This document shows positions 14,308-24,050 of a DNA stretch of 64,000 nucleotides, piece by piece. A program made the translations under genes and the position numbers. Location: contig JACRMT010000023.1 of assembly GCA_016214855.1 (NCBI GenBank), forward strand, positions 19,509-83,508. The letters run 5' to 3'. Each line of letters begins with the position of its first letter. Position 1 is the stretch's first letter. Source of the DNA: Nitrospirota bacterium (GTDB taxonomy: Bacteria; Nitrospirota; Thermodesulfovibrionia; Thermodesulfovibrionales; UBA6898). The notes beneath the pieces are model-generated. The model saw only the letters and a list, made by a program, of their open reading frames with translations, did not search any database and was not told the origin of the DNA.

Positions 14308-15406
14308 TGCCGCTGCGACTTACAGGAAGGCTTAAGATGACAATAGTCCCGATCTTCTCCTGGCTCTCGACCTCAACCGTCCCATTCATTTTGAACATCA
14401 TCTTCTTTATGATCACCAGGCCCAGGCCTGTGCCATGACTCTTGGTCGTTGAAAAAGGCTGGAACAGATGCTTTTTCTGCTCATCAGGCATACCGCAGCC
14501 ATTGTCCCTTATCCTGATAATGAGCCTGCTGTCAGACCTGAGCGTGCTGATCATGATCTCAGGCGATTCGATCTCCTGAAGAGCATCCGAGGCATTGGTC
14601 AGGACATTCAGCATTACATGCTGCAGGGCACGCGGGTCGAACAGGCCATATTCAGCATCAGGCCTGAAGAAGGTCTTGATCCTGATCTTGTGGGTGCTGA
14701 AGTCGCGTTCGACCATGGCAAGAAGATTGTTCATGAAGGACGCGATATGGACCTCCCGGCATTCAGGGTTCTCGTACATACTGAAATTCTTGAGGTCTTT
14801 TAGAAGGATTTCTACCCTACCGATGTCCGAAAGCATCCTTTCGAGAAACTCATTGACCGCTTCCTTGGAATAGGTTGAAAGATTCTTCTTGCATACGGCA
14901 AGTGTTGTCTTGATGGAGTTTATCGGATTACCCAGTTCATGCCTTATCCCGGAGAAAATATAGCCAAGATTATCCATGGTATTCACAGCCTCTGCTATGG
15001 CCTGCAGCCTGGTCCGTTCTGTTATGTCGGTCACATAGACCCAGAGATAGGTATCTGAAATAAGATAAATGGTATATCCGATAAACTTGCTGCCGTACCG
15101 AATACTGCGTGGCTCCATAAGGGTGGCAGCCAATAAGGGGATTTCGATGTCCGAGAGGAGGAGCGAGACCAGTGCTTCGTAATCCTTCGGCTTTATCGTG
15201 CCTTTGAATATTTCGACCGCCAGCTTGTTCTGAAAAAATACTTCCTTTTTCGAGATATCAAAGCCGATGATGCCGAGGTTGATATCATCAAGGATGTTCG
15301 CATAGATGCACTCGCCAAGGCACGGTGTCTTGCTGATCGGGCATGACTTTCCCTCTCCCCTGTGGGAGCAGGTGATCGTCTGCTCATTAGCACCCGCGTT
15401 TTTCAT
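14300..15406 (-). CDS. Cytoplasmic sensor histidine kinase with an N-terminal four-Cys motif
   Basis: The H-box is GIRHELGNPIN, the N-box NVLTNASDA, and the G-boxes DNGCGM and GTGLGL. No TM helices are evident. It overlaps the regulator gene by 8 nt. Confidence 0.85.
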   Translation of the reverse strand: MKNAGANEQTITCSHRGEGKSCPISKTPCLGECIYANILDDINLGIIGFDISKKEVFFQNKLAVEIFKGTIKPKDYEALVSLLLSDIEIPLLAATLMEPRSIRYGSKFIGYTIYLISDTYLWVYVTDITERTRLQAIAEAVNTMDNLGYIFSGIRHELGNPINSIKTTLAVCKKNLSTYSKEAVNEFLERMLSDIGRVEILLKDLKNFSMYENPECREVHIASFMNNLLAMVERDFSTHKIRIKTFFRPDAEYGLFDPRALQHVMLNVLTNASDALQEIESPEIMISTLRSDSRLIIRIRDNGCGMPDEQKKHLFQPFSTTKSHGTGLGLVIIKKMMFKMNGTVEVESQEKIGTIVILSLPVSRSGNA

Positions 15407-15424
15407 GAAACCTCGTTTTCGGCC

Positions 15425-16663
15425 TTATTCTTTTTCTCGTGTTATATCAGCACCGATCTTTATCAGCTTCTCTTCGATCTTCTCATACCCCCTGTCCAGG
15501 TGATATATCCTCTTTATTGTTGTTTCTCCCTCTGCAGCAAGAGCAGCCACAATAAGCGAGGCGCTTGCCCTCAGATCAGTTGCCATGAGCGGGGCTCCCT
15601 TTATCTTCTTTACGCCTTTGATCGTGGCAATGCCGCCTTCGGTCGAGATATCCGCACCCATCCTCTTGAGCTCTGCAACATGCATGAACCGGTTCTCGAA
15701 TATCTTCTCGGATATCACACTGGTGCCTTCGGCAATACACATCATCGCCATGAGCTGGGCCTGCATGTCAGTCGGAAATCCCGGATAGGGCATGGTTGTT
15801 GTGCTCACTGCCTTCAGCCTCTGAGGCCCGATGGCCCTGATGCCTGTCTTCACAGGCCTAAAAACAATGCCGGTATCCGCCAGTTTGTTGATCACCGCAT
15901 CGAGATGATCCGGTCTGCAGTTCCTGATCGTAATATCGCCGCCGGTTATGCCTGCTATTGCCATGAACGTGCCTGCTTCTATCCTGTCCGGTATGACCGT
16001 ATGCCTGAGCGGTTTCAGTTTCCTGACCCCTTCGATCTCTATGACACTCTCTCCCGCACCTTTTATCTTTGCCCCCATAGAAATGAGAGCATTCGCAAGG
16101 TCAACCACCTCTGGCTCGCGTGCCGCGTTCTCAATATATGTCCTTCCCTCTGCCAGTGTGGCAGCCATCATCAGGTTCTCGGTGCCGGTCACGGTCGGCA
16201 TATCAAAATAAATATGCGCGCCCTTGAGCTTCTTTGCCTTTGCGATCACATACCCTGAATCGAGCGTTATGGTCGCACCCATCTTTTCAAGGCCCCTCAG
16301 GTGGAGGTTTATGGGACGAGCGCCGATCGCGCATCCGCCGGGAAGAGATACCTTTGCCTTGCCGAGCCGCGCAACAAGCGGACCCAATACAAGCACTGAC
16401 GCGCGCATGGTACTGACCAGGTCATAGGGGGCTTCAAAATTCTTTATTGCCGTGCAGTCAAGAATAGCCTTGTTCTTTTCGAGATGAAAACCTGCACCGA
16501 GATTTGCGAGCAGCCGTCCCATGGTAGAAACATCCCTGAGATGAGGTGCATTTTTGAGGATATGTTCTCCGGGTGCAAGGAGGGTGGCAGCCATGATCGG
16601 AAGCGCAGCATTCTTCGATCCGCTGATCGTAACCGTGCCCTTAAGTCTTTTTCCGCCTCTCAC
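15425..16663 (-). CDS. murA: UDP-N-acetylglucosamine 1-carboxyvinyltransferase
   Basis: [24 protein letters not shown]...[14 protein letters not shown] is the MurA signature. The track start is GTG at 16663. The in-frame upstream LDKLVV with a CTG at 16678, 5 nt after GGGGAGG, suggests the true start may be 16678. Confidence 0.95.
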   Translation of the reverse strand: MRGGKRLKGTVTISGSKNAALPIMAATLLAPGEHILKNAPHLRDVSTMGRLLANLGAGFHLEKNKAILDCTAIKNFEAPYDLVSTMRASVLVLGPLVARLGKAKVSLPGGCAIGARPINLHLRGLEKMGATITLDSGYVIAKAKKLKGAHIYFDMPTVTGTENLMMAATLAEGRTYIENAAREPEVVDLANALISMGAKIKGAGESVIEIEGVRKLKPLRHTVIPDRIEAGTFMAIAGITGGDITIRNCRPDHLDAVINKLADTGIVFRPVKTGIRAIGPQRLKAVSTTTMPYPGFPTDMQAQLMAMMCIAEGTSVISEKIFENRFMHVAELKRMGADISTEGGIATIKGVKKIKGAPLMATDLRASASLIVAALAAEGETTIKRIYHLDRGYEKIEEKLIKIGADITREKE

Positions 16664-16760
16664 GACGAGCTTGTCCAGATCAGCCTCCCCTTACTTCTTT
16701 TTCGGTATTGTAATACAAAAGCAGTTATTTGGCACAACCGAAATATGGTATATTTCAGAT

Positions 16761-16919
16761 ATGAGAGAATTTGTGATCTACCAGGATGACGACGGGACGT
16801 GGGTTGCCGAGACAAAGGAGCTCCCCGGTGTGCATATGCGGGGCAAGACCCGGAAGGAGGCTCTCGAAAAAATCCAGGCTGCCCTGAAGATATATTATCC
16901 CTGCAGGTGTGAGGACTGA
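16761..16919 (+). CDS. Small HicB-like / UPF0150 family protein (52 aa)
   Basis: MREFVIYQDDDGTWVAETKELPGVHMRGKTRKEALEKIQAALKIY fits the HicB N-terminal (UPF0150) fold pattern. I chose the internal ATG at 16761 because the rest of the track ORF overlaps murA. No hicA partner is present. Confidence 0.5.
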   Translation: MREFVIYQDDDGTWVAETKELPGVHMRGKTRKEALEKIQAALKIYYPCRCED

Positions 16920-17176
16920 TCTGCTGCCCATCTGCAAACAGGCATTCTGACGCCTTATCTGCCCGCAAAAAGTTGACAAAGCCACCCATTCCTGTGTTTA
17001 AATAACTGCACAACAAATCATAAGATCTTCCCTAAAACAACCCGGCTCATCGCGCTTTTTCCCCATATGTTCTCATGCAGCCAATTTAATAATAAACAGG
17101 GGTTTTACAAGGATATAACGTTCAGAACGTTACGGCCCTCTGTAATTGTTTTAAGGGCAGGATTAAGGAGGTATGC

Positions 17177-17800
17177 ATGTCGAAAAAGATGACAATTGAT
17201 GTACAGGCTAAACGGACCTCGCTGATTCCGCACATTTTTCTCGTTCTTATGGCCATGATCACTCTTATACTGGCATTTGCAGCAATTGTACCGGGAGTGC
17301 GACCAAATGCTGAGCTCTTTTCATCGCTCAATATCAACGGTGAGGATGCTGCGAAAAAGAGGATCCTGGACTGGATGGCAGAGAACTCTGCCGTATCAGA
17401 GCAGGTATTATCAAAGATCTACAACGCCGCAGCTGTCACCGGCAACAGGGACCTGATCCTTGCCATCTGCCTCGTGGAATCCAACTTCAACCCGCACGCG
17501 GAAAGCGACAAGGGTGCGATCGGTCTTATGGGGATAATGCCGGGCGTCTGGGTAAAGGAACTGAAGGAACAGGGCATTATACGGGAGAAAGATGATTTGT
17601 ACAAGATATCGGGCAATATAGCTGCCGGTGCTCATGTGCTTGAGACGTATCTGCTGGAAACAAATGACCTCAGGAAAGCACTGGTCCGGTATGTGGGCGG
17701 CGCGTCCTGGTACGCGACTAAGGTCTTACAGGCGCAGCAACAGATCAGGCTGGCACAATATTCAAACCATAAGCCCGGTACGGCAGACTGGCTTAATTAG
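17177..17800 (+). CDS. Lytic transglycosylase (SLT domain) with an N-terminal membrane anchor
   Basis: AICLVESNFNPHAESDKGAIGLMGIMPGVW carries the SLT catalytic-Glu motif. The RBS is AAGGAGG. Confidence 0.8.
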   Translation: MSKKMTIDVQAKRTSLIPHIFLVLMAMITLILAFAAIVPGVRPNAELFSSLNINGEDAAKKRILDWMAENSAVSEQVLSKIYNAAAVTGNRDLILAICLVESNFNPHAESDKGAIGLMGIMPGVWVKELKEQGIIREKDDLYKISGNIAAGAHVLETYLLETNDLRKALVRYVGGASWYATKVLQAQQQIRLAQYSNHKPGTADWLN

Positions 17801-18927
17801 GGGTGGTCGAGCTGTCTGGACTTTGGAACAATACGCTGGTAGTCCTGATACGAGACTGAGGAGCCCCATCTGTCTGTCAGTTTGGCAATAGTGATGCTGC
17901 CGAAAAAGAAGACAATGATGAGGCAGACGAACAGAAGGGGATGCGCTGCCTTTCTCGCGGGAAGAGATATATCGAGCGCACCTTTTGCGGGACAATGACT
18001 TACGCAGGTCAGGCATCCCGTACATTCCGGAGATCTCACCTGAGACAGTGTTTCCACCGGCAGAAGCGAAGGGCAATGTTCAGTGCACTTCCTGCAGTGG
18101 ATGCATGCCTGTTCGTTCCGCCTGATCTTGAGAGGGCTCAGGATGCTCAGCAGACCGAGAAGAGCACCGTAGGGACAGAGATATCTGCACCAGAAGTTCT
18201 TGTAACCCAGGGAAAAGACAAAAAGCAGTGACAGGGAGATCATCGTTGTTCTTGTCATCTCTGTGAAAAAGAAGAGCATTTTCACATCTGCTATTTTGTA
18301 ATAGTCGTTCTCAAGAAAGCGGAATATCACAAACGCAGGCATCTTCAGAACAATCACGTAGATAAAGAATGCCATAAGCAGATACTTCACTGATCTCAGG
18401 CCATAGTCTGCATAGCGGGGGATAGCGAAGTTCCTGCCAAAGATCTTCTTGCCGAGTTTCCATACGCCGTCAGAGAAAGCGCCCACAGGGCATATCCATC
18501 CGCAGAATCCTTTTTTCAGGACAACGGCCAGGACAATGGCTGCGACAAAGATGACAAGACCTGCGGGATGAATGCGGTCGAATACGCCTTCCATGATCCA
18601 GAGCTTAAGGCCCATAAGCGCGCCGATCGGCAGAAAACCTTCAACTCCAGGGAACCGGTTCTTCAGCACCTCTTCTTCACCTCCCGCCGGCAACGCTTCC
18701 CTGCTGAGAAAGTGGTCAGTGAAGATGAAGAAGTGGTACCCGGCATAAAGCAGGAAGAGAACTATTCCCCACTGCATTGTGTAGCGCAGATAGCGCACGT
18801 ACGCCCGGTCTATATTTCCCATGCTTATTAGTGTAAAGAAAACAGGCTGAAGAATAGTATGATTTAGGACATATGGCCTGGAGCGTCGGCTGCAGGCTGC
18901 ACTTTCTGTTGCAATGCCGATCGCCAC
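17797..18927 (-). CDS. NapH/MauN-type membrane polyferredoxin (4Fe-4S binding)
   Basis: It has multiple TM helices. The motifs are CGWICPVG and CRYLCPYG, plus two CxxCxxCxxxCP clusters (CIHCRKCTEHCP and CTGCLTCVSHCP). The start is uncertain; the internal MGNIDR... is possible. Confidence 0.75.
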   Translation of the reverse strand: MAIGIATESAACSRRSRPYVLNHTILQPVFFTLISMGNIDRAYVRYLRYTMQWGIVLFLLYAGYHFFIFTDHFLSREALPAGGEEEVLKNRFPGVEGFLPIGALMGLKLWIMEGVFDRIHPAGLVIFVAAIVLAVVLKKGFCGWICPVGAFSDGVWKLGKKIFGRNFAIPRYADYGLRSVKYLLMAFFIYVIVLKMPAFVIFRFLENDYYKIADVKMLFFFTEMTRTTMISLSLLFVFSLGYKNFWCRYLCPYGALLGLLSILSPLKIRRNEQACIHCRKCTEHCPSLLPVETLSQVRSPECTGCLTCVSHCPAKGALDISLPARKAAHPLLFVCLIIVFFFGSITIAKLTDRWGSSVSYQDYQRIVPKSRQLDHP

Positions 18928-18957
18928 ACTACGCTATGACGTCGTACCGTAAGGACC

Positions 18958-19383
18958 CTATCGGGAGAGCAGAATACCGATCACTTCTGACATCTTTGTT
19001 GCGCCAGGAGCAACAGAATGAGCAATTCCTGCAGCTGCAACTGTCATAAAGAACACGATCGCAAAGGGGATAACCGTAGTTCCCAAGACACTGCCCACCC
19101 AGTCGGGATTGGCCATGCGCCTCATACTCTTCACAAGACCGGTGGCAAGGAGAAAATCAAAGGCAGCCTCTCCCAGTATGGCAGGCGCTGCATAGACAAG
19201 ATAGAAGGCAGCTCCGAAGACAACGGCAAGAAGCAGTGCGAGGATGAGAAGGACTATGCCGGCATCCTCAACATCAACTATCCCTGATGCTGCATCCCCT
19301 GCAGCGCTGGCTGCGCTGCTTCCTGCGGACTCAGCTGCTGAGGAAACCGCATCCGGCAGTGTCTCCTGAACAGATGTTGCCCC
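18958..19383 (-). other. Start-less open frame (141 codons, 3 TM helices) in phase with the upstream ORF across a TAG
   Basis: My translation is GATSVQETLPDAVSSAAESAGSSAASAAGDAASGIVDVEDAGIVLLILALLLAVVFGAAFYLVYAAPAILGEAAFDFLLATGLVKSMRRMANPDWVGSVLGTTVIPFAIVFFMTVAAAGIAHSVAPGATKMSEVIGILLSR*. There is no ATG, GTG or TTG before the last ~58 codons. Confidence 0.5.
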
Positions 19384-19794
19384 CTAGTCAAAGAAAGCTG
19401 ATGCCCCGCCCCCCTGGAATTGACCTCCGCCGCTTCCAAACGGCAGACTGTCCGGAAAGGAGCCTCCGCCGCCCGGAAAGACATCCGGAACGATATTAAC
19501 GGCATCAGCATTCTCAATGAAGCTGTCTGCATTATTTTTGCTGCTGCCGGAGGACGTCATATGGAGGAGCCAGAACTTGATGAAACCGAAGAAGGAGAGA
19601 TAAGAACAGATCACTGCTATGGGATACCTGATGAGCATGCTGCCAACGTGCAGATGCAGCAAGGTCCAACTCACGAGAAGACCGGAAAGAGCTGTGCCGA
19701 TGAGAATAAGTGACATATGGAAGCGGAGAAAGAACCGCTTTTTGAGAAATCTCACAAACCTTTCCCGCCTGTGCAGCTGCTTGGCTATTTCCAT
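19384..19794 (-). CDS. Membrane protein with a Gly-rich tail (136 aa); the frame continues beyond an in-frame TAG
   Basis: There are two predicted TM helices followed by GGGGSFPDSLPFGSGGGQFQGGG. The stop TAG at 19384-19386 is followed by a 141-codon open frame in the same phase. Confidence 0.6.
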   Translation of the reverse strand: MEIAKQLHRRERFVRFLKKRFFLRFHMSLILIGTALSGLLVSWTLLHLHVGSMLIRYPIAVICSYLSFFGFIKFWLLHMTSSGSSKNNADSFIENADAVNIVPDVFPGGGGSFPDSLPFGSGGGQFQGGGASAFFD

Positions 19795-19869
19795 AAGTCA
19801 GGAAACTATATCATTCCCGTCCGGCGCTATAGCAAGTATTCCGTCTCCCCGGGAGAGGCAGATAGTTCA

Positions 19870-20367
19870 CTATGCTGCGTGCAGAACCTTGATCGTCTTT
19901 TTGTCGTCTGCGGTCCTGATCACACAGGTTGCGGTCTTTCCGGAACTGGTCGTGGAATAAAAATAGTAGATATTGATACCGGCATCCGCGATGATCTCTG
20001 ATATCCTCTCGAGCGCTCCCACCTTGTTTGCCATTTCCACCAGAATAACTGACGACTCCTGTATGTCATCAGCTCCGATCTTGTCGAGGGCCTTCTCTGC
20101 TTTTACCAGATCGTCCACGATCAGGGTAAATGTTGCCCTGCGGCTCATGCCGCTGGCCGAATAGCCGGTGCCGGCAAGTATGTTCACGTTCTCTGCTGCA
20201 AGCGCTGCTGCCACTTTTGCGGTCAATCCCGTGCTGTCGAGAAACGTTGCGGTGATCTCTTTTGCAGGCCTGGCAGTGAATGCCGGAACTGCGGATGCCT
20301 TCGCCGTCGGTTTTGCTGCGGCTTTCTTCACAATCTTCGGGGTCACATTCTTAGCTGCTTTAGCCAT
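19870..20367 (-). CDS. Tandem ACT-domain protein with a Lys/Ala-rich N-terminal tail
   Basis: I chose the start at the ATG at 20367, 6 nt after AAGGAGA. There are two ACT-like repeats (GLTAKVAAALAAENVNI... and NKVGALERISEIIADAGINI...). Confidence 0.7.
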   Translation of the reverse strand: MAKAAKNVTPKIVKKAAAKPTAKASAVPAFTARPAKEITATFLDSTGLTAKVAAALAAENVNILAGTGYSASGMSRRATFTLIVDDLVKAEKALDKIGADDIQESSVILVEMANKVGALERISEIIADAGINIYYFYSTTSSGKTATCVIRTADDKKTIKVLHAA

Positions 20368-20648
20368 GACTCGTCTCCTTGAGATGTATTCCTGCCACCC
20401 AGGGATGCCAGGGGAAAAACTGTTTGACCGATCTTTCTGTTGCTGCATGAAATGACTTTAATTTACAACATCATGAGACTGCAGGACAAGCTCAGAGTAT
20501 GCCGAACACATGCATCAGGCAGACTGAAAGAGATCTTGTATCAAAGCTGCCACTCAATGTGCGCCCCTGCTCCTTGCAGCCTGTCCTCTTTCCCTCTATA
20601 GTAATGCTGGCATGAAGTGTGGATTTTGTGTCTCAATCCTGTTCCTTT

Positions 20649-22031
20649 TTATTTCCCTATGCAGAAACTGTTGAAGATTTTCATGAGAATTTCGTCGGTT
20701 GTGATGGTCCCTGTAATCTCTCCGATCCGGTCAAGGCTTCCCCTCATCTCAATAGAGAACAGTTCAAGGGGGTCATCCCCTGACAGGAGAACGCCTGCCC
20801 TGTTAAGCGATTCTGCGGCACCGTCGAGTGCAGCCTTGTGCCGGATGTTCGTGATCACCACACCCTCCCTCTCCTCTTGCCAGCCACGAAGGTTTGATTC
20901 GAAGATAACTGACTTGAGCCTCTCGATCCCTTCGCCGGTGACTGCGGAGATACAAAGAGATCCCTTCCCTTCAGCCGCGCTGTTTTCAAAGGATATTTTC
21001 TGAGGCAGGTCAGCCTTGCTAATGACCATCAGGGCATTCTTGTCTCTGATAAGGGCAAGGAGGTCATGGTCCTCCTGCCCAAAGGGCTCGCTGCCGTCGA
21101 ACAGGGCAACGATGAAATCAGCATGTTCTATCGCCTGCATACTCCTTCTGATACCTTCCTGCTCAACGATCTGATCAGAGCTTCGTATGCCTGCAGTATC
21201 CATGATCCTGACCGGCAGGCCATGGATATTCAGATAGTCTTCGATGAGATCACGCGTTGTGCCCGGCAGATCGGTAACAATGGCACGGTCCTTCTGAAGC
21301 AGGGCATTCAGCAGAGATGACTTGCCGACATTCGGCCTTCCCACGATCGCGATAGAGAGACCCTCCCTGAAGAACCTCGCCTCATTGAACGTATCTGACA
21401 GTTTCAGGATCTCTGCAGTTGTGTCCGACAGTTTTCTTTCGATCTCATTTTTTGACGTTGCCTCGATCTCATCCTCAGGGAAGTCGATATGCGCCTCAAC
21501 AAAAGCAGTTATCTCTATAAGCTGCTCTCGTATTGCGGAGAGTTTCTCTGTCAGTCCGCCTCTGAGCTGCTCACTGGCTATTCTCATGCTTTCCTCAGTC
21601 TTTGCATTAATGATGTCGAGGACTGCCTCTGCCTGGCTGAGATCTATTCTGCCATGCAGGAATGCGCGCTTTGTAAACTCTCCGGGCTCTGCAACCCTGA
21701 CTCCCTGTCTGAGCGCAAGCTCAAGTATCTGCCTTACTGAGAGCATGCTGCCATGGCAGTTGATCTCAACAACATCCTCCCGGGTATATGAGTTCGGTGC
21801 ATGCATTACCGCAAGGAGAACCTCATCCACAACGTGTTCGTCATCAGGGTCGACAATATGACCGTAGAGCATTTTATGGGACGGAGCATCTGAAGGCCTC
21901 TCATTATTCTTTGAACAGAAGATCCCTTCAGCGATCGCAACAGCATCAGGCCCGCTCAGGCGGACAATGCCGATCCCTCCCTGACCTACAGGGGTTGATA
22001 TGGCAGCTATGGTGTCATCAGGATAGTTCAT
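20649..22031 (-). CDS. mnmE: tRNA modification GTPase MnmE (TrmE)
   Basis: The motifs IVGRPNVGKSSLLNAL, DTAGIR and ISKADL are present, along with the C-terminal CIGK motif. Confidence 0.95.
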   Translation of the reverse strand: MNYPDDTIAAISTPVGQGGIGIVRLSGPDAVAIAEGIFCSKNNERPSDAPSHKMLYGHIVDPDDEHVVDEVLLAVMHAPNSYTREDVVEINCHGSMLSVRQILELALRQGVRVAEPGEFTKRAFLHGRIDLSQAEAVLDIINAKTEESMRIASEQLRGGLTEKLSAIREQLIEITAFVEAHIDFPEDEIEATSKNEIERKLSDTTAEILKLSDTFNEARFFREGLSIAIVGRPNVGKSSLLNALLQKDRAIVTDLPGTTRDLIEDYLNIHGLPVRIMDTAGIRSSDQIVEQEGIRRSMQAIEHADFIVALFDGSEPFGQEDHDLLALIRDKNALMVISKADLPQKISFENSAAEGKGSLCISAVTGEGIERLKSVIFESNLRGWQEEREGVVITNIRHKAALDGAAESLNRAGVLLSGDDPLELFSIEMRGSLDRIGEITGTITTDEILMKIFNSFCIGK

Positions 22032-22081
22032 AACTTTTGACTCATAAGTATAAAGACTCTCAATTATAAAATCCCTCCTGC

Positions 22082-22130
22082 CCTCCCTTTGCCAAAGGGA
22101 GGATAACTGCCCCTCTTTGGCAAAGAGGGG
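22082..22130. repeat. Two adjacent near-identical palindromic hairpins (REP-like element)
   Basis: The hairpins are CCTCCCTTT-gcc-AAAGGGAGG (22082-22102) and CCCCTCTTT-ggc-AAAGAGGGG (22110-22130). They lie between yidC and mnmE. Confidence 0.6.
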
Positions 22131-22251
22131 TAAGGGGAGATTTATTGGGGATTAAATATACGCAATGCACTTATTAGAAACTCCCGGCTTGATAGACATA
22201 CCTGTATTATATGAAATTAAAGGGAAAAGTCTGAAGGCAATGCGTGATAAG

Positions 22252-23838
22252 CTAATGTGCTGGTTCGTTTGCGAGGCTTCTATTGACGAAGAACTGCTGG
22301 ATAATACCAAGCACATTGCCGATAAGCCAGTACAGGACCAGGCCTGAGGCCATATTCAGGAAAACAAAGGTGAAGACGATCGGCATCATCAGCATCATCT
22401 TTGCCTGCGTCGGGTCCATGCTTGACGGTGTCATCTTCTGCTGAATGAACATGGTTGCACCCATGAGGATCGGCAGAGGACCTAAGGCAAAGCCTCCGAT
22501 AAGCGGCAGGACTGCCGGGATATGGCCAAAGAGCGTGTCAGGACCGGAGAGGTCCGTGATCCAGAGCATGAACGGTGCACCTCTCAGTTCTATAGCTCTC
22601 AGCAGGACCTGATAAAGGGCAAGGAAGACCGGTATCTGAAGAAGCATCGGCAGACAGCCTCCAAAAGGGCTGACCTTGTGTTTTTTGTAAAGCCCCATCA
22701 TTTCCGCCTGCTGCTTCTGGGGATCCTTCTTGTATTTCTCCTTGATCTCATTCATCAAAGGCTGGATCTCCTGGAGCTTCTTCATGGACTTCTGGCTTTT
22801 TGTCATGAGCGGGACAAAGGGGATCCTTGTGACAATGGTAATAAGAATGATGGCCCAGCCATAGTTGCCCAGGAACTGATAAAAGAACTTGAGTATCCAG
22901 AAGAGCGGTCTCGCAATGATCGAGAAGAACCCGAAATCTATGACATGCTCAAGCCCAATGTTAAGCGCCTCAAGCCTGTCATTCTCTTTTGGCCCTGCGT
23001 ACAGATGGAACTTGTTCGAACCGCTTTTTGCCTTGAATGCCACGACAGGGGAATCCTGCACCAATAATGCCTTTGCCTCCTCAACAGGGGTTGCAGGCAC
23101 AAGCGCTGCGAAAAAATACTTGTCCTGCTGCGCAATCCATTTGAGGTTATCATGAAACACCTTCGGTTCTTTCAAATCCCCTGCTTTCAGGTCCTTAAGG
23201 TCGCTGCCGGTCAGAACGGTCGGCCCGACATGAATTGAGTCATCCTTCTCAACAATGCCGAAATCGCTCCCCAGCGTGATCCAGTATTCAGGAACGCCGG
23301 AAACCTCATCCGTAAGTTCAACCAGGTATGACGCATCTGAAAAGGTATAGGTTCTTTTAACCGACCTGCCATCCTTTGCATATTCAAACACAAGACTGCC
23401 TGTCTTGTTCTTATTATCCAGCTTCAGGTCTCTGCCAAGGACAGAGAAATTGACGTTTGCAAGATCAAAGGAACTACTGGTTCCGATCCCGACAGCAGGG
23501 ACAACGCCCGGTTTTTTGAGAAGAAGAACATCCTTGCCTGTCTTGTCCTTATACGGTTTAATGGTCCAGGACTTGATCGTGCCGCCGCGCGAGGTAAATA
23601 CCGCGGCAAAAAGATCATTCTCCACGGTGATTTCCTTCTCATCCGCAACAACCGTTTCAGCAATGGCTTTCGGGGCTTCAGCCTTTTGGGTCGGATCTTT
23701 TTTTGCTGCCTCTGGTGCGGGCTGCTGTTCAGCAGGTTTCTGCACAGGGGCTTTCTGGGACTCGCCCGGAAAAAGGTATTGAGATCCCACGATCACAAGA
23801 AATGAAAGCACAACGGCTATAACGGTTCTGTTATCCAT
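22252..23838 (-). CDS. yidC: Membrane protein insertase YidC
   Basis: 528 aa. It has an N-terminal TM helix, a large periplasmic domain and the conserved C-terminal 5-TM core (...GCLPMLLQIPVFLALY...). Synteny with yidD, rnpA and rpmH supports the call. Confidence 0.95.
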   Translation of the reverse strand: MDNRTVIAVVLSFLVIVGSQYLFPGESQKAPVQKPAEQQPAPEAAKKDPTQKAEAPKAIAETVVADEKEITVENDLFAAVFTSRGGTIKSWTIKPYKDKTGKDVLLLKKPGVVPAVGIGTSSSFDLANVNFSVLGRDLKLDNKNKTGSLVFEYAKDGRSVKRTYTFSDASYLVELTDEVSGVPEYWITLGSDFGIVEKDDSIHVGPTVLTGSDLKDLKAGDLKEPKVFHDNLKWIAQQDKYFFAALVPATPVEEAKALLVQDSPVVAFKAKSGSNKFHLYAGPKENDRLEALNIGLEHVIDFGFFSIIARPLFWILKFFYQFLGNYGWAIILITIVTRIPFVPLMTKSQKSMKKLQEIQPLMNEIKEKYKKDPQKQQAEMMGLYKKHKVSPFGGCLPMLLQIPVFLALYQVLLRAIELRGAPFMLWITDLSGPDTLFGHIPAVLPLIGGFALGPLPILMGATMFIQQKMTPSSMDPTQAKMMLMMPIVFTFVFLNMASGLVLYWLIGNVLGIIQQFFVNRSLANEPAH

Positions 23839-23840
23839 AG

Positions 23841-24050
23841 TTATTTGACCGGATCAAATCCGCCCTCTTGAAAAGGATTACATCTGAGAATCCTGCGTGC
23901 GGCAAGGGCCGAGCCTTTCAAGGCGCCATACTTCCTGACCGCATCAATCGCGTAATCAGAACAGGATGGTATGAACCTGCAACTGGAGGGGAAAAGGGGT
24001 GATATCATATATTTATAGAGCCTGATGATCGCTATGAATAGTATTCTCAT
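23841..24050 (-). CDS. yidD: Membrane protein insertion efficiency factor YidD
   Basis: 69 aa. [23 protein letters not shown] is the YidD signature. Confidence 0.9.
   Translation of the reverse strand: MRILFIAIIRLYKYMISPLFPSSCRFIPSCSDYAIDAVRKYGALKGSALAARRILRCNPFQEGGFDPVK

Noticed and set aside
16554-16760. The full 121-aa track ORF for the HicB-like protein, and a hicA partner.
   Set aside because: The first 69 codons overlap the murA 5' end and look non-protein-like. No HicA-like ORF fits on either side.
19018-19532. Plus- and minus-strand track ORFs (19018-19287 +, 19287-19499 +, 19278-19532 -) in the region of the TAG-interrupted membrane gene.
   Set aside because: They overlap the much more protein-like TM-helix frame on the minus strand. 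Their translations are Arg/Pro/Gln-rich with no motifs.
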